Assembly: GCF_040905785.1 (NCBI RefSeq)
Contig: NZ_JBBDQW010000038.1
Coordinates: 46,210 to 70,209 of the forward strand
DNA: 24,000 bases
Direction of reading: 5' to 3'
Origin: Tistlia sp.
GTDB taxonomy: Bacteria; Pseudomonadota; Alphaproteobacteria; Kiloniellales; DSM-21159
This document shows positions 23,361 to 24,000 of this stretch, piece after piece. Below the pieces are notes generated by a model. That model was not told where the DNA came from. It was given only the letters and a program-made list of their open reading frames with translations, and did no database searches. Within the stretch, counting starts at the first letter, position 1. Each line of letters opens with the position of its first letter. A program made the position numbers and the translations under genes.

Positions 23361-24000
23361 GGCTGGCCGCCTTCATGAACTTGAGGGGGTCCAGGGGCTT
23401 GTCCTTGAAGCGCACCTCGTAGTGCACGTGGGCCCCGGTGCTGCGCCCCGAGTTGCCGAGCTGTCCGATCTGGTCGTGGAAGCCGACCCGCTGCCCGGTC
23501 TCGACGTCGATCCGACGCAGGTGGGCGTAGCGCGTGGTGATGCCGAAGCCGTGGTCGATGTCGACGACCCGGCCATAGCCGGAAAGCCAGCCGGCGAAGG
23601 CGACGACGCCCGGTGCCGTGGCGACGATCGGCGTGCGGTAGGGCGCCACCATGTCGACGCCATCGTGGCGCGACAGCCGGCCGTTCAGCGGGTCCTTGCG
23701 CTTCCCAGCCCTGCTGGTGATCCGGAATTCGGTGGCCAGCGGGGCGGCCAGAGGGGTCGCCGCCAGCACGAGCTGAAGCGCCTCCCAGCGGCGGATCCTG
23801 TCGTCCAGGGCGCCGAGGACGGCCTCCGACCTGTCGGCCATCGGCAGCTCCGGCACCTCGTCGTAGGGCACGAAGGGACCGCCCTTGCCGTCGCCCTCGA
23901 CCTTGCTGCTCGCCTCGTCGATGACCGCCTTGATGTCGAGGCCGGTCAGCAGGAGCAGCTCCTCCATGGTGTCGATCGACTGACGCGTCCGGTCGGACAG
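23344..24000 (-). CDS. M23-family metallopeptidase (LytM-domain peptidoglycan endopeptidase), C-terminal part; gene continues past the right edge
   Basis: The M23 catalytic blocks are HDGVDMVAPYRTPIVATAPGVV (HxxxD) and GNSGRSTGAHVHYEVR (HxH). The frame stays open from the ATG at 23967 up to position 24000 (LSDRTRQSIDT-MEEL...). The true start is therefore probably outside the window. The stop TAA (23344-23346) lies 17 nt inside the bactofilin gene. Confidence 0.85.
   Translation of the reverse strand: MSDRTRQSIDTMEELLLLTGLDIKAVIDEASSKVEGDGKGGPFVPYDEVPELPMADRSEAVLGALDDRIRRWEALQLVLAATPLAAPLATEFRITSRAGKRKDPLNGRLSRHDGVDMVAPYRTPIVATAPGVVAFAGWLSGYGRVVDIDHGFGITTRYAHLRRIDVETGQRVGFHDQIGQLGNSGRSTGAHVHYEVRFKDKPLDPLKFMKAASHVLKG

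Noticed and set aside
1-24000. Search for CRISPR arrays, tandem repeats, rRNA/tRNA genes, transposases/integrases, toxin-antitoxin pairs, retron-like msr/msd plus RT, or known defence gene signatures
   Set aside because: - No spaced direct repeats were seen.
- No RT, transposase, integrase, nuclease-helicase or ATPase-nuclease pairs were seen in any frame.
- The only inverted-repeat-bounded element (16667-16939) has no adjacent RT or transposase.
- This was visual inspection only, so short or degenerate repeats could have been missed.

Overview
This is a GC-rich chromosomal window (by eye about two-thirds or more G+C). Its gene content and order look alphaproteobacterial; any finer placement, such as Rhodospirillales-like, is inference only. 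I support about 27 protein genes, identified by reading motifs in the supplied ORF translations, with no database search.

- **Left third (1-7073):** an accessory-looking locus. On the minus strand it has a LivK/H/M/G/F-type ABC importer and a non-canonical shikimate-dehydrogenase-family gene. Divergent from these are an SDR oxidoreductase and a GntR/FadR-type regulator.
- **Middle (7116-18111):** a classic housekeeping block on the minus strand: era, rnc, lepB, acpS, pdxJ, DUF2062, spoT/rsh, rpoZ, folK, smpB and dapA. Many of these are joined by ATGA/GTGA start-stop overlaps. A plus-strand NYN-domain gene plus Fe-S uracil-DNA glycosylase pair interrupts the block.
- **Right third:** Slt-type lytic transglycosylase, type II haloacid dehalogenase, alpha/beta hydrolase, short PLP Ser/Thr dehydratase, and a bactofilin gene overlapping a truncated M23 peptidase gene.

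No rRNA, canonical tRNA, CRISPR array, transposase, integrase or recognisable defence system is visible.

The least ordinary object is a 273-bp element at 16667-16939. It has 35-bp perfect terminal inverted repeats, CTAG at both ends and dense internal hairpins, and it sits exactly at the dapA stop codon between dapA and smpB. I read it as a MITE-like insertion or a structured RNA.

I do not see convincing evidence for a novel multi-gene system. The best candidates are listed with modest scores. Most long ORFs in the track are GC-driven shadow frames and were rejected.
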